Shown here piece after piece: positions 1 to 13,249 of a stretch of DNA of 64,000 bases (position 1 is its first letter; every line of letters begins with the position of its first letter). Where the stretch lies: contig CM119263.1 in NCBI GenBank assembly GCA_051294375.1, forward strand, positions 30,567,376 through 30,631,375. The letters are read 5' to 3'. The stretch comes from Paraspadella gotoi. Lineage: Eukaryota > Animalia > Chaetognatha. A program made the translations under genes and the position numbers. The notes beneath the pieces are model-generated. The model was not told the DNA's origin. It made no database searches and was given only the letters and a program-made list of their open reading frames with translations.

Positions 1-649
1 CTTTAATGCATGGCATTTTCACGATCCTTGTCCAGATGAGCCTAAAATTACGAGAGGAATTCTTGAAAAAATTAGATAATTTAGGAATGCACATTAAAAT
101 TTTGTTAAATTTCGTGTTTTTTGTTTTTTTTTAAGTGGCATCTGATCCCCATAATATGTATCTCACTGCACCCCAGAAGCCTATCGTCTGATGAATGATC
201 ACTCAAACCTGAAACTCGTACTTTTTCTTTTTTTCTTTTTCTTTTTCTTTTTCATCAAGAATTTCGCTTTGGGCTGAAGGTTGTAAGAATTTTTATTATT
301 AATTATACCTATTTTTATTTTATCCCAATTGTTACCGACCGCGATTTCTAGATCCGTATCGGAAAACGTTTTAAAATCGTTGTCCCTGTGATGAAGATTG
401 TATTAATTCATTTCAACTTCTTTGGGATGCGGTTGCTTAAAACCGTTATTTTTAATCCAAGAATCAAGGCTGAGAGCTATTCTCGATCGCCTTTGCACTG
501 GCAGAGGCTTTTGACCACCGTAATTCCAAAATTTCAAAACTTAACCAGGGATGGTCCATTTTCTTCCTTCGGTTCCACGGAAATTTTTTGTCTGAAGTAG
601 TTTTTTGAGTTTTGTAAGTTACTATTTTTAAATGAACTTTTAAAGAAAC

Positions 650-1300
650 TTTTTATCGTCGCAATCGCTAAGCGTTTGCGATGATATTGTAACGCTTTAG
701 CCCATAAGTGGCGTCGTCGTCGGCGTCGGCGTTCCAAATTATAGATCGCCTTTTTTATGGTTAAATTTGGGTGTATGAAGCTGAAAATTTATATACAGCT
801 TCTCATCACCGATGTGCTTAAAATTGAGTATGGACAGTTAATAAATATGTTTTGTTTACGTTTTATCAAAACAAACAAGTTTTCTCTCTTTTATTTTCAT
901 ATTTATCTCTCTCTCTCTTTTCTCTTTTCTCTTTTAATTACATGTTCTCTCTCCCTCTCTCTTTTCCCTATTCACTGATTCATAATCATAGGGGAAAAAA
1001 ACGAGTCTGCAGCTGGCTCTGCAGGGGCTTATTCTTTTTCTCTCTTTTCTCCGCTGCTTCTCGCTGCTGCCTTTTGATTTCTTTATTTGCAGCTGGCTCT
1101 GCAGGCTCTTTCTTTTTCTCTCTTTTTTCCTGCTGCTTCTGCTGCTGGCCTTTTGATTTCTTTCTTTTTTCTCTCTCTTTCTCTCTGCGTTTTTTATTTA
1201 AAAAAATTAAATAGTATGATTGAGACTCGTAAAATTAGGCATCCGCATCTGTGCATGTTATCATTTTGCTATCGCAACATACGGATTTTTATTTCGTTTT
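650..1300 (+). mobile_element. Helentron/DINE-like non-autonomous element (HINE family 2), 5' part
   Basis: T-run, then hairpin TATCGTCGCAA...TTGCGATGATA, then (CGT)n/GGCGTC microsatellite. The same start recurs at ~5105 and ~7398. The matching subterminal motif TTGCGACGAT occurs at ~11739 and ~18759, and inverted at ~9907 and ~16795. Confidence 0.55.
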
Positions 1301-1351
1301 GACATAATTAATTTTTTAAAATTTTTTTAAAATTTTTTTTTTTAAATTGAT

Positions 1352-1568
1352 TATTCACACCGCCTCACGTCCACCATCCTTCAGCCAAATTTATTGGCTC
1401 AGAGGGGGAACACACCATCCCAAGCGTAGTGTTCCATCCACAGTCCTAACGACTTCCCTCTGCGTCCGTCCTAGGGTAACCGCGCCAGTGACTGGAGGCG
1501 TCACTGAGGGTCGGAAGCCCCCAAAGCCAACAGTGAGATGCATCACAGGCAACCCGGCTGTTGCCATA
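1352..1568 (+). mobile_element. Solo/partial LTR of the TRIM at 2919-3668
   Basis: Matches the LTR from TATTCACACCGCC to GTTGCCATA with two internal deletions; duplicated at ~5712-5912. Confidence 0.85.
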
Positions 1569-2242
1569 ATATCGTATATAATGTTAAAATTTTTTTTGGA
1601 TATTTTAAGTTTTTTTAATTTATTCTGATAGAGCTTAAAAAGTTAAGCAAAAAATATAATTACAACTTTTTAAAATTTTGATGTAATATTACTAAAAATT
1701 AGTAAAAACTGCTAAAATCATCGATGATGATGATAATGATGATTTTTTAAGGTTTTCTCAATTTTAACTCACTTATCATCAAAATATTGAAAAAAGAATT
1801 ATACTTTGTGTAGATAACTGTTCATAAGCTATTTGAATCTGCTTTTCAAAATAAAAAATTCAAAAAAAATGTTTTGACATTTCCTATCTATAAATAAATA
1901 TCAAAAAATTATTACTAATGCTTCTTGCCATTTTAGAAAATTTTGCTCCATTGAAAGTTTTCTCAGAAATGTATGAAGTTTCATTTGGAAAGGTTCCCAA
2001 ATCAAACCACCCCATTGACGAAGTTTGGCTCTACAGTCTAATCAATCATAACAGGATGGATAGATTAACTATGGGTTAAAATTATTAAAAACATTTAATC
2101 AAATGTGACTTACATTTTTTTTCAATTTAAACTCATTTGCACTCACACGATTCCATCGAAACTTTATATCCAACTCTATCACACACTTTCCTACCCACAC
2201 ACAAAATTGTATTCCAATCCATCCAATCATAATTTATCATCG

Positions 2243-2276
<34 letters not shown>

Positions 2277-2369
2277 CATGATCTAAGTGTCTTACCTAGA
2301 AGCTTTTGGGGTGGGACCGAAAAAGTAAATTAAAGAGTTGCAATCTGCTAACTTTTCATATTTATATTA

Positions 2370-2641
2370 GTGATACAAGAGTTTCTAAATACTTGGATTA
2401 CTTATATTTATAAAATATAATAATACTACCACTTTTACTTTATTTTAAGGTATTGCTATTCTTTCTGAATTTTTGTCATATTTATACGCATTTATTAAAT
2501 ATCGAATAGAACGTGGAAAATTGGTCCATACGCGAATTTTATTTTTTTGATCTTAGCGGATAGTTTACATGTGTTTCAAAAAATTAGGAGGGCACAAGAT
2601 GGTCCTTTATTAGTTTTTTTGTATTTATACTTCCGCGCTTA
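2370..2641. mobile_element. Isolated terminal arm of the long-TIR element (7071-14722 family)
   Basis: Similar to 14460-14722; ends in CCGCGCT(T)A. Confidence 0.7.
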
Positions 2642-2918
2642 CCGGAACACCCACCCATCTCACACAGAGCGAGAAGTAGGCACAGTCAGACAAGCGTCTA
2701 TACGAGTGAAGCAGAGCAAGACATTAAGTAGAGTAAGCACTAGCGAAAGTTCCCAGCAAGGAACAAAATTCCCTAGCCCGGCACTTACCAGCTCAGTAAC
2801 ACTCTCCTCTCAACCATTGATGCGCTAATGACCTGACCACATCGTCCTTGTCCCTCCTTTGCTCCAGCCAAGGGCCAGCTCATTTTGAGCCTCTATTCTT
2901 ATCTCTTATATTTCATCT

Positions 2919-3668
2919 TGTGGCGGTATATTCACACCGCCTCACGTCCACCATCCTTCAGACCAAATCCATTGGCTCAGAGGGGGAACACACGCATCCC
3001 AGGCGTAGTGTTCCATCACAGTCCTAACGATTCCCTCTGCGTTTGGCAAGCGAGACCTGTCCGGGGTAACCTCGCACTGTGACTGGAGGCGTCACTGAGG
3101 GTCGGAAGCCCCCAAAGCCACAGTGAGATGCCCCATCCCAATGGGCATTACAGGCAACCGGCTGTTGCCATAAGTGGTGAGCCCTACTATCGAACACTGC
3201 AACCTCTTCAGGGTATGCTACGGACAACGCCTATGCCCTGCCGACTTTGGGTACGCTACTGACAAACGTCTATTGCCCCTGGGTAACGCTTACGACAAAC
3301 GCCTATGCCGCCATCAACTCGCGCTTGCTTCTCTCTCTCCCACTATGGTAACGCTTGTCCAGACATCTCTAGGCTTGAGGAACCTGAGTGATTGTCTTGG
3401 CCCGGGGATCTGTGGGTATATTCACACCGCCTCACGTCCACCATCCTTCAGCCAAATCCATTGGCTCAGAGGGGGAACACACCATCCCAGACATGTGTTC
3501 TATCCACAGTTCCTAACGAACTTCCCTCTGCGGTTGGCAAAGCGAGACCGTCCTAGGGTAACCGCGGCCAGTGACTGGAGGCGTCACTGAGGGGTCGAAG
3601 CCCCCAAAGCCAACAGTGAGATGCTCCCGCATCCCAATGGCATTACAGGCAACCGCCTGTTAGCCATA
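2919..3668 (+). mobile_element. Complete miniature LTR retroelement (TRIM-like, non-autonomous)
   Basis: LTRs at 2919-3172 and 3411-3668 (TGTGG...GCCATA); ATCT on both flanks (2915-2918, 3669-3672) as TSD; PBS-like TGGTGAGCCC at 3175; short GGGGA tract before the 3' LTR; ~240-bp non-coding interior. Confidence 0.88.
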
Positions 3669-4450
3669 ATCTTTTCTTTAACTTAATAGAGTACATTTTG
3701 CTAAATAAGTTATTTAATTTAATGCATTTTAAACGCTTTCACAACATCGGTAAGCTTGGCTGGGTTGTAAAAAATCTAGAATTAAAAATGGAATTAGGTC
3801 TTTTAACAGTTTTTCCACGTACATAATAAATTCTGTCTGGAATCCTCGCAACTTTGTGCGAGGTTATTGCGGCCTCATAATATCAGGATTGAAGTTCGCC
3901 CTTTAACGGGCGTGTCTTTCGGAGCCAGCCTTTATAATCTGCCGATAAATAAGATTAATATTAAATAATTTTACTTAATTGATCACCTATTTCATGAGTT
4001 ATTCCTGTCTGTTAGTTAATTCCCTGGTCTAACATAAAAATTATCTTAGAAAGAATTAAATGCCTTTCCGTATCATCTGGAAAGCCCTTATCTTTAGTCT
4101 AATTTAGTCTTTATATCTTTAGTCTCTATATTGTGAAACGCTTGCTTTGGGTGAGATTCTTTGATCACAAATTAGTATAATTTGTAACATCTTGGCCTCA
4201 TTTTGAATTATATTTTTATCGCGACCTCAAAGTAGCGATCTATCTTCTCCTCCAAAATCCATGAATACAATTGGACCTTCTGTTGCGACGACATACATTA
4301 GAAAGGACAGGTACCGTTTTCTGAGACAAGGGTGACGTTAGTAAATATATAAATTCTCTTTGTTTTTTCTTTTCTTTTTTCTCATTTTCTCTTCACCAAG
4401 CGAATATCGGTAATTCGAGAAGCCGTAAGATTATGCATATAGGTGATTCG

Positions 4451-6668
4451 CTTTAATGCATGGCATTTTTCACGATCCTTGTCAGATGAGCCTAAAATTA
4501 CGGAGAGATTCTTGAAAAAAATTAGAGATAATTTAGGAATGCACATTAAATTTTGTTAAATTTCGTGTTTTTTTTTTTTTTTTTAAGTGGCATCTGATTC
4601 CCCATAATATGTATCTCACTGCCACCCCAGAAGGCCTATCGTCTCTGATGAATGATCACTCAAAACTTGAAACTCGTACTTTTTCTTTTTTTCTTTTCTT
4701 TATTCTTTTTCATTCAGATTTCGCTTTGGGCTGAAGGTTGTAGAATTTTTATTATTAATTATACCTATTTTTATTTTTATCCCAATTGTTACGACCGCGA
4801 TTTCTAGATCCGGGTATCGGAAAACGTTTTAAAATCGTTGTCCCGTGGATGAAGATTGTATTAATTCTTTCAACTTCTTTGGGATGCGGTTGCTTAAAAC
4901 CGTTATTTTTAATCCAAGAATCAAGGCTGAGAGCTATCTCGATCGCCTTTGCACTGGCAGAGGCTTGACCACCGTAATTCCAAAATTTCAAAACTTAACC
5001 AGGGGATGGTCCATTTTCTTCCTTCGGTTCCACGGAAATTTTTTGTCTGAAGTAGTTTTTTGAGTTTTGTAAGTTACTATTTTTTAAATGAACTTTTAAA
5101 GAAACTTTTTATTTCGTCGCAATCGCTAAGGCGTTTGCGATGATATTGTACGCTTTAGCCCATAAGTGGCGTGTCGTCGTCGGGCGTCGGGCGTTCCAAA
5201 TTATAGATCGCCTTTTTTTATGGTTAAATTTGTGTGTATGACTGAAAATTATTATACAGCTCTCATCACCGATGTGCTTAAAATTGAGTATGGACAGTTA
5301 AATAAATATGTTTTGTTTACGTTTTATCAAAAACAAACAAGTTTTCTCTCTTTTATTTTCATATTTATCTCTCTCTCTCTTTTCTCTTTTTTACATGTCT
5401 CTCTCTCTCTTCTTTCCCTATTCACTGATTCATAATCATAGGGGAAAAAAACGAGTCTGCAGCTGGCTCTTCAGGGGCTTATTCTTTTTCTCTCTTTTCT
5501 CCGCTGCTTCTGTGCTGCCTTTGATTTCTTTATTTGCAGCTGGCTCTGCAGGGGCTCTTTCTTTTTCTCTCTTTTTTCCTGCTGCTTCTGCTGCTGGCCT
5601 TTTGATTTCTTTCTTTTTCTTTATTTCTCTTGCAATTACCTCATTTTATCATCTTGTACGTATACATTGTCTTTTTACTTTTTTAAATTTTTTAAAATTT
5701 TTTTTTTAAATATTATTCGACGTCCACCATCTTAGCCAAATTTATGGAGGGGGAACACACCATCCAAGACGTAGTGTTCCATCCACAGTCCTAACTGACT
5801 TCCCTCTGCGTCGTCCTAGGGTAACCGCGCCAGTGACTGGAGGCGTCACTGAGGGTCGGAAGCCCCCAAAGCAACAGTGAGATGCATCACAGGCAACCCG
5901 GCTGTTGCCATAATATCGTATATAATGTTAAATTTTTTGGATATTTTAGTTTTTTTAATTTATTCTGATAGAGCGTAAAAAGTTAAGCAAAAATATAATT
6001 ACAACTTTTTAAAATTTTGATGTATATTATCTAAAAATTAGTAAAAACTGCTAAAATCATCGATGATGATGATAATGATGATTTTTAAGGTTTTCTCAAT
6101 TTTAACTCACTTATCATCAAAATATTGAAAAAGAATTATACTTTGTGTAGATAACTGTTCATAAGCTATTTGAATCTGCTTTTCAAAAAAAAAATTCAAA
6201 AAAATGTTTTGACATTTCCTATCTATAAATAAATATCAAAAATTATTACTAATGCTTCTTGCCATTTTAGAAAATTTTGCTCCATTGAAAGTTTTCTCAG
6301 AAATGTATTGAAGTTTCATTTGGAGAAGTTCCCAAATCAAACCACCCCATTGACGAAGTTTGCTCTACAGTCTAATCAATCATAACAGGATGGATAGATT
6401 AACTATGGGTTAAAATTATTAAAAACATTTAATCAAATGTGACTTACATTTTTTTTCAATTTAAACTCTATTGCACTCACACGATTCCATCGAAACTTTA
6501 TATCCAACTCTATCACCCACTTTCCTACCCACACACAAAAATTAGTATTCCAAATTTAATCATCGTTATATATATATATATATATATATATATAACATGA
6601 TCTAAGTGTCTTACTAGAAGCTTTTGGGTGGGACCGAAAAAGTAAATTAAAGAGTTGCATCTGCTAAC
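4451..6668. repeat. ~2.3-kb direct duplication, copy 2
   Basis: Colinear with 1-2352, including the HINE start, solo LTR and (TA)n tract. Confidence 0.9.
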
Positions 6669-6714
6669 CATACTAAAATATGAAATTTTTGTTTACGTTT
6701 TATCAAAACACAAT

Positions 6715-7070
6715 TTTTAGTCGGATCTGCTTATCAGCAGATCCCGACTCTATAACTCACTTTTTCGGTCCGTCGGTCCGCCCCCTCAATATTGTCGGGC
6801 ACACACTTATATCATGTCAGAACATCGAATTATGATAAATTATGCAAAAAAACGATGTCGTCCGTCCGTCCGTCCGTCCCACCTTAGCAAAAAACTCCAA
6901 TTACTCGTGATTGGATGGATGGATTGGTATGAAATTTTGTGTGTGGGTAGGAAAGTGTGATTGAGATGGATATGAAGTTTGAGGGAATCGTGCGAGTGAA
7001 TTGGTTTAAATGGAAAAAACAAAAAAATATATTTCACTATTTGAACGCCAATTGCTCATGGAGTGGATAG
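6715..7070 (+). mobile_element. HINE/DINE-like element family 1, copy A 5' part (continues at 14723-18866)
   Basis: TTTTT, then hairpin AGTCGGATCTGCT-TATC-AGCAGATC(C)CGACT, then (GTCC)n; nearly identical to 7592-7944. Confidence 0.7.
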
Positions 7071-7315
7071 TAGCGCGGCGCATAAATACAAAATAGATAT
7101 ATGACCTCTTGTGTCCCCTTAATTTTTTGTATTTGATATAATACTATGCCCCAAGATAAAAAAAATGAAAATTCGTTCGCTAATTTTCCCGTTCTATCGA
7201 TTTTATAAAGCAATTTGATGCAAAAAAATTGTAAAACAATAGCAAAATTTTATAATCAGAGAAAGCTGGTTAAGTTCACTTTTTAAAGTAAAAAATAGTT
7301 AAAACAAAGAATTTA

Positions 7316-7340
7316 NNNNNNNNNNNNNNNNNNNNNNNNN
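7316..7340. other. Assembly gap (25 N)
   Basis: Run of N. Confidence 1.
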
Positions 7341-7559
7341 CACTAAAAATTTCAATGTTCAGAATTATAATTAAAAACTTGATTTTTAGTTTTTTACTTT
7401 TTATCGTAAACGCTTTTGCGCATAAGTGGCGTAGGCGTCGTCGTCGTTGTTGTCGTCGTCGGCGTTCACTTATCAATCGCCTTTTTGATGATTAAATTTG
7501 GGTTTATGAAGCTGAGAAATTTATATACAGCTTCTCATCATCGAAGTCCTTGTTATTAA

Positions 7560-9839
7560 ATATTTTTGTTTACGTTTTATCAAAAACACAATTTTTAGTC
7601 GATCTGCTTATCAGCAGATCCGACTCTATAACTCACTTTTTCGGTCCGTCGGTCCGCCCCTCAATATTGTCGGGCACACACTTATATCATGTCAGAACAT
7701 CGAATTATGATAAATTATGCAAAAAAACGATGTCCGTCCGTCCGTCCGTCCGTCCCACCTTAGCAAAAAACTCCAATTACTCGTGATTGGATGGATGGAT
7801 TGGTATGAAATTTTGTGTGTGGGTAGGAAGTGTGATTGAGATGGATATGAAGTTTGAGGGAATCGTGCGAGTGAATTTGTTTAAATGGAAAAAACAAAAA
7901 ATATATATTCACTATTTGAACGCCAATTGCTCATGAGTGGATAGGGCAATTGACTTGAAATTTTGTATGATGGTAGGGAAGTGTGAGATTGAGCTGGATA
8001 TAAGTTTCGATGGAATCGTGCGAGTGGAAATGAGTAAAATGGAAAAAACAAAAGTCATATTGACTTGAGTATTTTTACTTAAATTTACTCATAATATTAT
8101 GTTTATTAAAAATTGGATTAGATAAATCGAAATGGAATTTTGTGTGTGGTAGGAAAGTATGTGATAAAGCGGATATAATTTTTGAGTAGGAGTGAAAAGA
8201 GTTCAAATTAGAAAACCAAAGACACATTTATTGAATTTTTTAAAGTTTCTCTCTCTCCTCTGATTGATTGATTGATTGATTTGATTCAGATTGATGCCAA
8301 TACAAAATATGCCAGTTGACCAAATTCTTAAGTTTTCACACAAATTATCCAGTTGACCAATTCTGCAGTTGATCAAGTTCTGCAAGTTGACACAAATTAT
8401 GCCTGTTGACCAATTATGCCTGTTGACCAAATTATGCCTGTTGACCAAATTATGCTGTTGACCAATATCTTGCCAGTTTGACCAATCATGCCAGTTGACC
8501 AAATTATGCTAGTTGACCAAATTCGGCAAGTTGATAAAATTATGCCAGTTGACCAATTATGCGGTTGACCAAATTATCTAATTGATCAAATTTATGTCAG
8601 TTGACAATTTCATTGACCAAATTATGTCAGTTGACCAAATTATGTCAGTTGACCAAAATTCAGTTGATCAGTGTCACCAAATTATGTCAGTTGAAAATAT
8701 GTCATTGACCAACAAATTGCAAGTTGATTAATTATCAAGTTGAACAATTACTTTATACAATTCGATTATCGATGACCTGGAATTTGTATGTGAGTAGAAA
8801 AGTGTGTGATTGAACAGGAAACAAGTTTCGATGGAATCTTTTGAGTGGAAATGAGTTTAAAATGATAAAAAAACAAAAAACCTGTTTCACTAATTGATTA
8901 TGATTCTTTTCCTTTTATATTAAATGTATATGCAGGATGTATTAATAAATCAAATAATTAATCAGTTAATTAATCAATTAGTTAATTAATTAATCTAATA
9001 ATTAATTAATCAGTCAATCATCCGTCTATCCGTCCACCTTAGCAAAAAGCTCCAATAACTCGTGATTGGCTGGTTGGATTGGAAAGAAATTTTGTGTGTG
9101 GGGTAGGAAAGTGTGTGATAAAGCTGGATATAAAGTTTCGACGGATCATGTGAGTTAAGAGGAAAAAACATAAGTCGCATTTACTAAATATTTTTAATTA
9201 TTTTAACCAATAAGTACTCTAATTAATCATAATTGGATGGATAGATTGAGTTCAAATTTTTTGTGTGGTAGAAAAATGTGTATCGATGCTTGATATAAAG
9301 TTCGGTGGAAACGTACGAGTGGAAATGAGTTTAAATGAAAAAATATGAGTCACATTTACTTAAATCTTTACTTATTTTAAACCCATAATAGATTGAGATT
9401 GAAATTTTGTGAGCGGTAGGAAAGTGTGTGAGAAGCTAGATATTGAGGATATACAAAAAAAGACTTATTAAAAATAGTCACTTTAAGCTTAAACATAAAA
9501 TTACAAATATCATTTTAAATGCTTACCGGCTGTCACGAATCATTGGTAACTTATCCTCTCAGTTTAGGTAGCACATCTCTTTTATATCTTTGGTTAAGGT
9601 ACAATCATAAGGACTAGACCAACAGAGAAGCGACGTTTAAAATACTTGATGCAATCAGATACGTCGTAAGCAACAAAAATACGAATTCAATAATAAAAAG
9701 GGCATCAAACACCGAGAAGACTATCTCAAACAAATAAAAAATTTAAACACTAGATATAAAGTTTTGACGGAATTGTGCATCGAAATGAGTTTAAATGGAA
9801 AAACATAAGTTACATTTACTTGAATCTTTATTATTTTAT

Positions 9840-9887
<48 letters not shown>

Positions 9888-11841
9888 CAGAAAAATGAGC
9901 ATAGGATCGTCGCAATTGCAAGAGAGAGAGAGTGCAGAAAATGAGCATAAGGATCGTTGCAATTGCAAAGAGAGAGAGAGAGAAGAGAGAGAGAGAAAAA
10001 AAAAAAGAAAGAGAGAGAGTCCGAAATAATGTCGAAGTAATTTACATTGTTAATCAACCAAATGTAAAGCAATTGAGATACAAACGGACCATTGCACGGC
10101 ATTGAAAAGCATTGAACGGCATTGACGACATGAAACGCATGGAACGGCATTGAACGCTGGACTATAAAAAGATAATATAAACGAATTAATAAAAACTTAA
10201 TATAAAATTAAATCAGTAAAGAACATTAAACAAACCTGCTTCACGCTCGTAAAGCTTGAGAACTACTAATATAATTCTTACTTTCCTTCACAAAGGTAAG
10301 TTTCTTCATTAGATATAAGTAAACGTTTTTGGCAAAAAGAGCAACGATTTTGGGAAACTTGAAACACGGAAATATTTAACGGGTTTCTGTAGCAGCTTAA
10401 GAAGTTTAATGTAAGTTAGTACTATAATTTTTCAAATTTTGACAAAATTAGTTAAAAAAGAAAAAACTTAAAAAATTATCTTACATCATTATTGGCGGAA
10501 TTTATTTTTTTTTAATTTTCATAAATAAAAAAAAAGTTGTATTAATAACCTTTATCTAACTTTTTAAGGCTTTATCAGAATCTATATAAAAATTGATAAG
10601 CAAAATTTAAAAATTATTTTCATTTTCATATTATTAATAGTCGCTTAACATTAACCATAACCATTTGAGAGAACTTCAAGTTTTTCAACCTGTTCCGCTA
10701 ATATCTAGTAAGGCGGCCAAAATTAAACACACTTTTTCTAACTCCTAGTTCTCTTTAAATTTTTTTTTCCTTTACTACTAAAATCGATTTTCAATGTAAC
10801 TTTTGAATTTAGTCATTGGGTTGTTGCACTGAAGCTTTAAATATTTATTAATATATAATAATTATATAAAGTTTGACGGATATATTGGTGAGCATACACT
10901 GGATAAATGATGTTTAGAATCATTAATGATTACTAATAATGGAAATTTTAATTAATTAATTAGTTAATTAATAATTATTAATTAAGAAAAAATGATGCAA
11001 GTTAAAAAAATCTTAAAGCATAAAGATCGTCTGCAATTGCATAAAAGAGAGAGAGTGGAAAGAAAGAGACATAAAATAAAATAAAGGATATTTGTTTGAT
11101 AAAATGCAAACAAACATATTTAATAACTGTCCTAACCCAATTTTAAGGAAACGATGATGATAAGTTGAAATATTAAAATTAATTATACATATTAAAATAA
11201 TTAATTAATAATTAATCGATTAATTAATTAATTAATTATCGTAGGCGTCCGACATGTTTGCTCAAACTTGTTTTAATGTCTCCTTCTCTCTCCTTTTCTT
11301 TTTTGTCTCTTTTCTCCTGTTGCTTGCTGCGCGTTTTGATTTTTCTTTTTTCTGGCTGCCTCTGCTGCTGCCGCGCTGATTCATCCGAAACGATTGACTT
11401 CTCTCTCTCTCTGCCGTTTTTATAAAAAATTTATAGTTAGGATTGCTCGTAAAATTAAGACATCGCATTCATGTATCGAACATCGGGTTTTCTATTGTTC
11501 TTTCTTCCGCACTCTCTTTTTTTATTTTCTTTCTTTCTTTCTATTCTTTTTCCTTTCATTTCTTTTTTCTTTTTTTCTTTCTTCCTTTCTCTTTTCTTTC
11601 TTCTTTTATCTTTTTCTTTCCTTTTTCCTTTTTTCGTATTCGTTTTTTATTCTTTTCTTCTTCTTTTTTTTGTTTATAAATTAATTTTCTTTCTCAAATT
11701 TGATTTTTGTAGTATTCAAAATTTCGTCTAATCCAGATTGCGACGATCCTTATGCTTATTAGATTTTCATTATAGCTACTAATGGTGACCAAAACAATAC
11801 AGAAAAAATTCAGCCTGTAACTACGCAAAGAGAATATAATT
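7560..11841 (+). mobile_element. Composite HINE/DINE-like element, copy B (uninterrupted)
   Basis: 5' hairpin plus (GTCC)n; internal ~150-190-bp subrepeats GAAATTTTGTGTGTGGGTAGGAAAGTGTG...; colinear with 6685-7070 joined to 14723-18866. Confidence 0.7.
8305..8750. repeat. 18-bp minisatellite (GTTGACCAAATTATGYCA)n inside the HINE
   Basis: About 25 tandem units. Confidence 0.95.
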
Positions 11842-12613
11842 TAAACCCATTTTTATCCATAAAAATACAAAAAAATATATTTATATAAATATTGAGTGAA
11901 TTTAAAAGATACGTATTTTCATAAAAAATTGTTCAAAATTAAGCAAAATGGAAAATAAGTACCAAGCCACATAACGCAGTCAATATTCTTTTTAAAGCTT
12001 TTAAAAGCTTTTAGTAGCTACATTAAACTTTATACAGCTTATAATAAGCTTTACCAGCTTGACTTACCATAGGCCTTACCCATTACCACTCTCCCTCCCT
12101 TCCGTAGATTGCTCTGGCCAATCTGTCTTTTTTTTTATCAAAATGACGAAAATTCTCATGAAAGATGGGTAAAATCGTTTTAAATAAGAACTACTCTGTT
12201 AAATATTAGTACAATTAATAATAACCATAACCATAATAATAATAATAATAATAATTACTATTTACTATTTTCATAAACCTCTATCAATTTTGTTTAACAT
12301 TTTATTGACTAATTTTAGTCTGTATAACAAGGATGTTAATTTCTTACAATAAATAAATAGATTAAAGGAATAGTGTGAATACTTTTGCAACAATTTATTT
12401 AATTATAGACGTACATGTTTCGGCGCAAATTCAGCGCCAAAATGTTTTGTGAATTATTCACAAATGTTTCATTTAAAGAAGGGGAGAGAGAGTGAAAGAT
12501 TTTATGACCTCGCGTCTGGTCATTTTTCCCTGGTCATTTAGTTGACCTTTTCAGACCAGTCTTTTCACCGTTCTAGTCGCTTTCTTATAACTTTCTTTTA
12601 GCCGAAAACCTCG

Positions 12614-12969
12614 TCACTTGTTATTCGATCATAATCGTTTCTCTGGAAAAGATCGGCTGTATGAAACCGAAGTTTTTACGGAATTCAAGAATTTTCTACA
12701 TGAACTTATTGTACTACTTTAAATTCGCCATTTATTTAACTCTACAATAAATAAACTTATTCACGATTTATTCGTCATTTATTCGACATTTACGTCATTC
12801 GAGATTTAGAAAACCTTGCTCCATGTTAAAGCCAGTTTAACCTACAGCCGACGAATCAAACGCGCGACCCTCGTGGCATAGAAAATAATAAACATTTTCT
12901 ACAGTAAAAACTACGGTTCCATACAGCCGATCTTTTCCAGAGAAACGATTAGGATCGAATAACAAGTGA
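12614..12969. mobile_element. MITE-like fold-back element
   Basis: ~65-bp terminal inverted repeats TCACTTGTTATTCGATC.TAATCGTTTCTCTGGAAAAGATCGGCTGTATG... with 3 mismatches; no ORF. Confidence 0.75.
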
Positions 12970-13249
12970 GAGAGAGAGAGAGAGAGAGAGAGCAAAGTTT
13001 CCAATACAGAGTTTAGAAAGGACAGTGATCAGTGGTGAGAATAGGCCAAGGGTAAGGACAGATTGAATTAAGTTTTGAAAAGAAGGGAAATGGTCAATTG
13101 GGAAGAGAGAGAGAGAAAGAGAGAGAGAGATAGGGAGAAAGAAAATAATACATTTCTTAATGGACAACAGTTAAAAAGATTTTTGTATACTGAAATTTTT
13201 AATATTAACAATTAACTATTAATAATATTGAAGAAAAGAAAAGAAAATA

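Larger units (their letters stand above)
1..2352. repeat. ~2.3-kb direct duplication, copy 1 (copy 2 at 4451-6668)
   Basis: Sequence from CTTTAATGCATGGC to ATCTGCTAAC recurs at 4451-6668; differences are mostly 1-2 nt indels. Confidence 0.9.

Noticed and set aside
3174-3590. 138-aa ORF in the TRIM
   Set aside because: GTG start, runs into the 3' LTR, no gag/pol motifs
1-6668. Biologically meaningful divergence between the 2.3-kb duplicates
   Set aside because: Differences are mainly scattered 1-2 nt indels typical of long-read consensus error
8203-8502. Repetitive His/Asn/Trp ORF (also 15088-15429)
   Set aside because: Product of the 18-bp minisatellite; frames differ between the two copies
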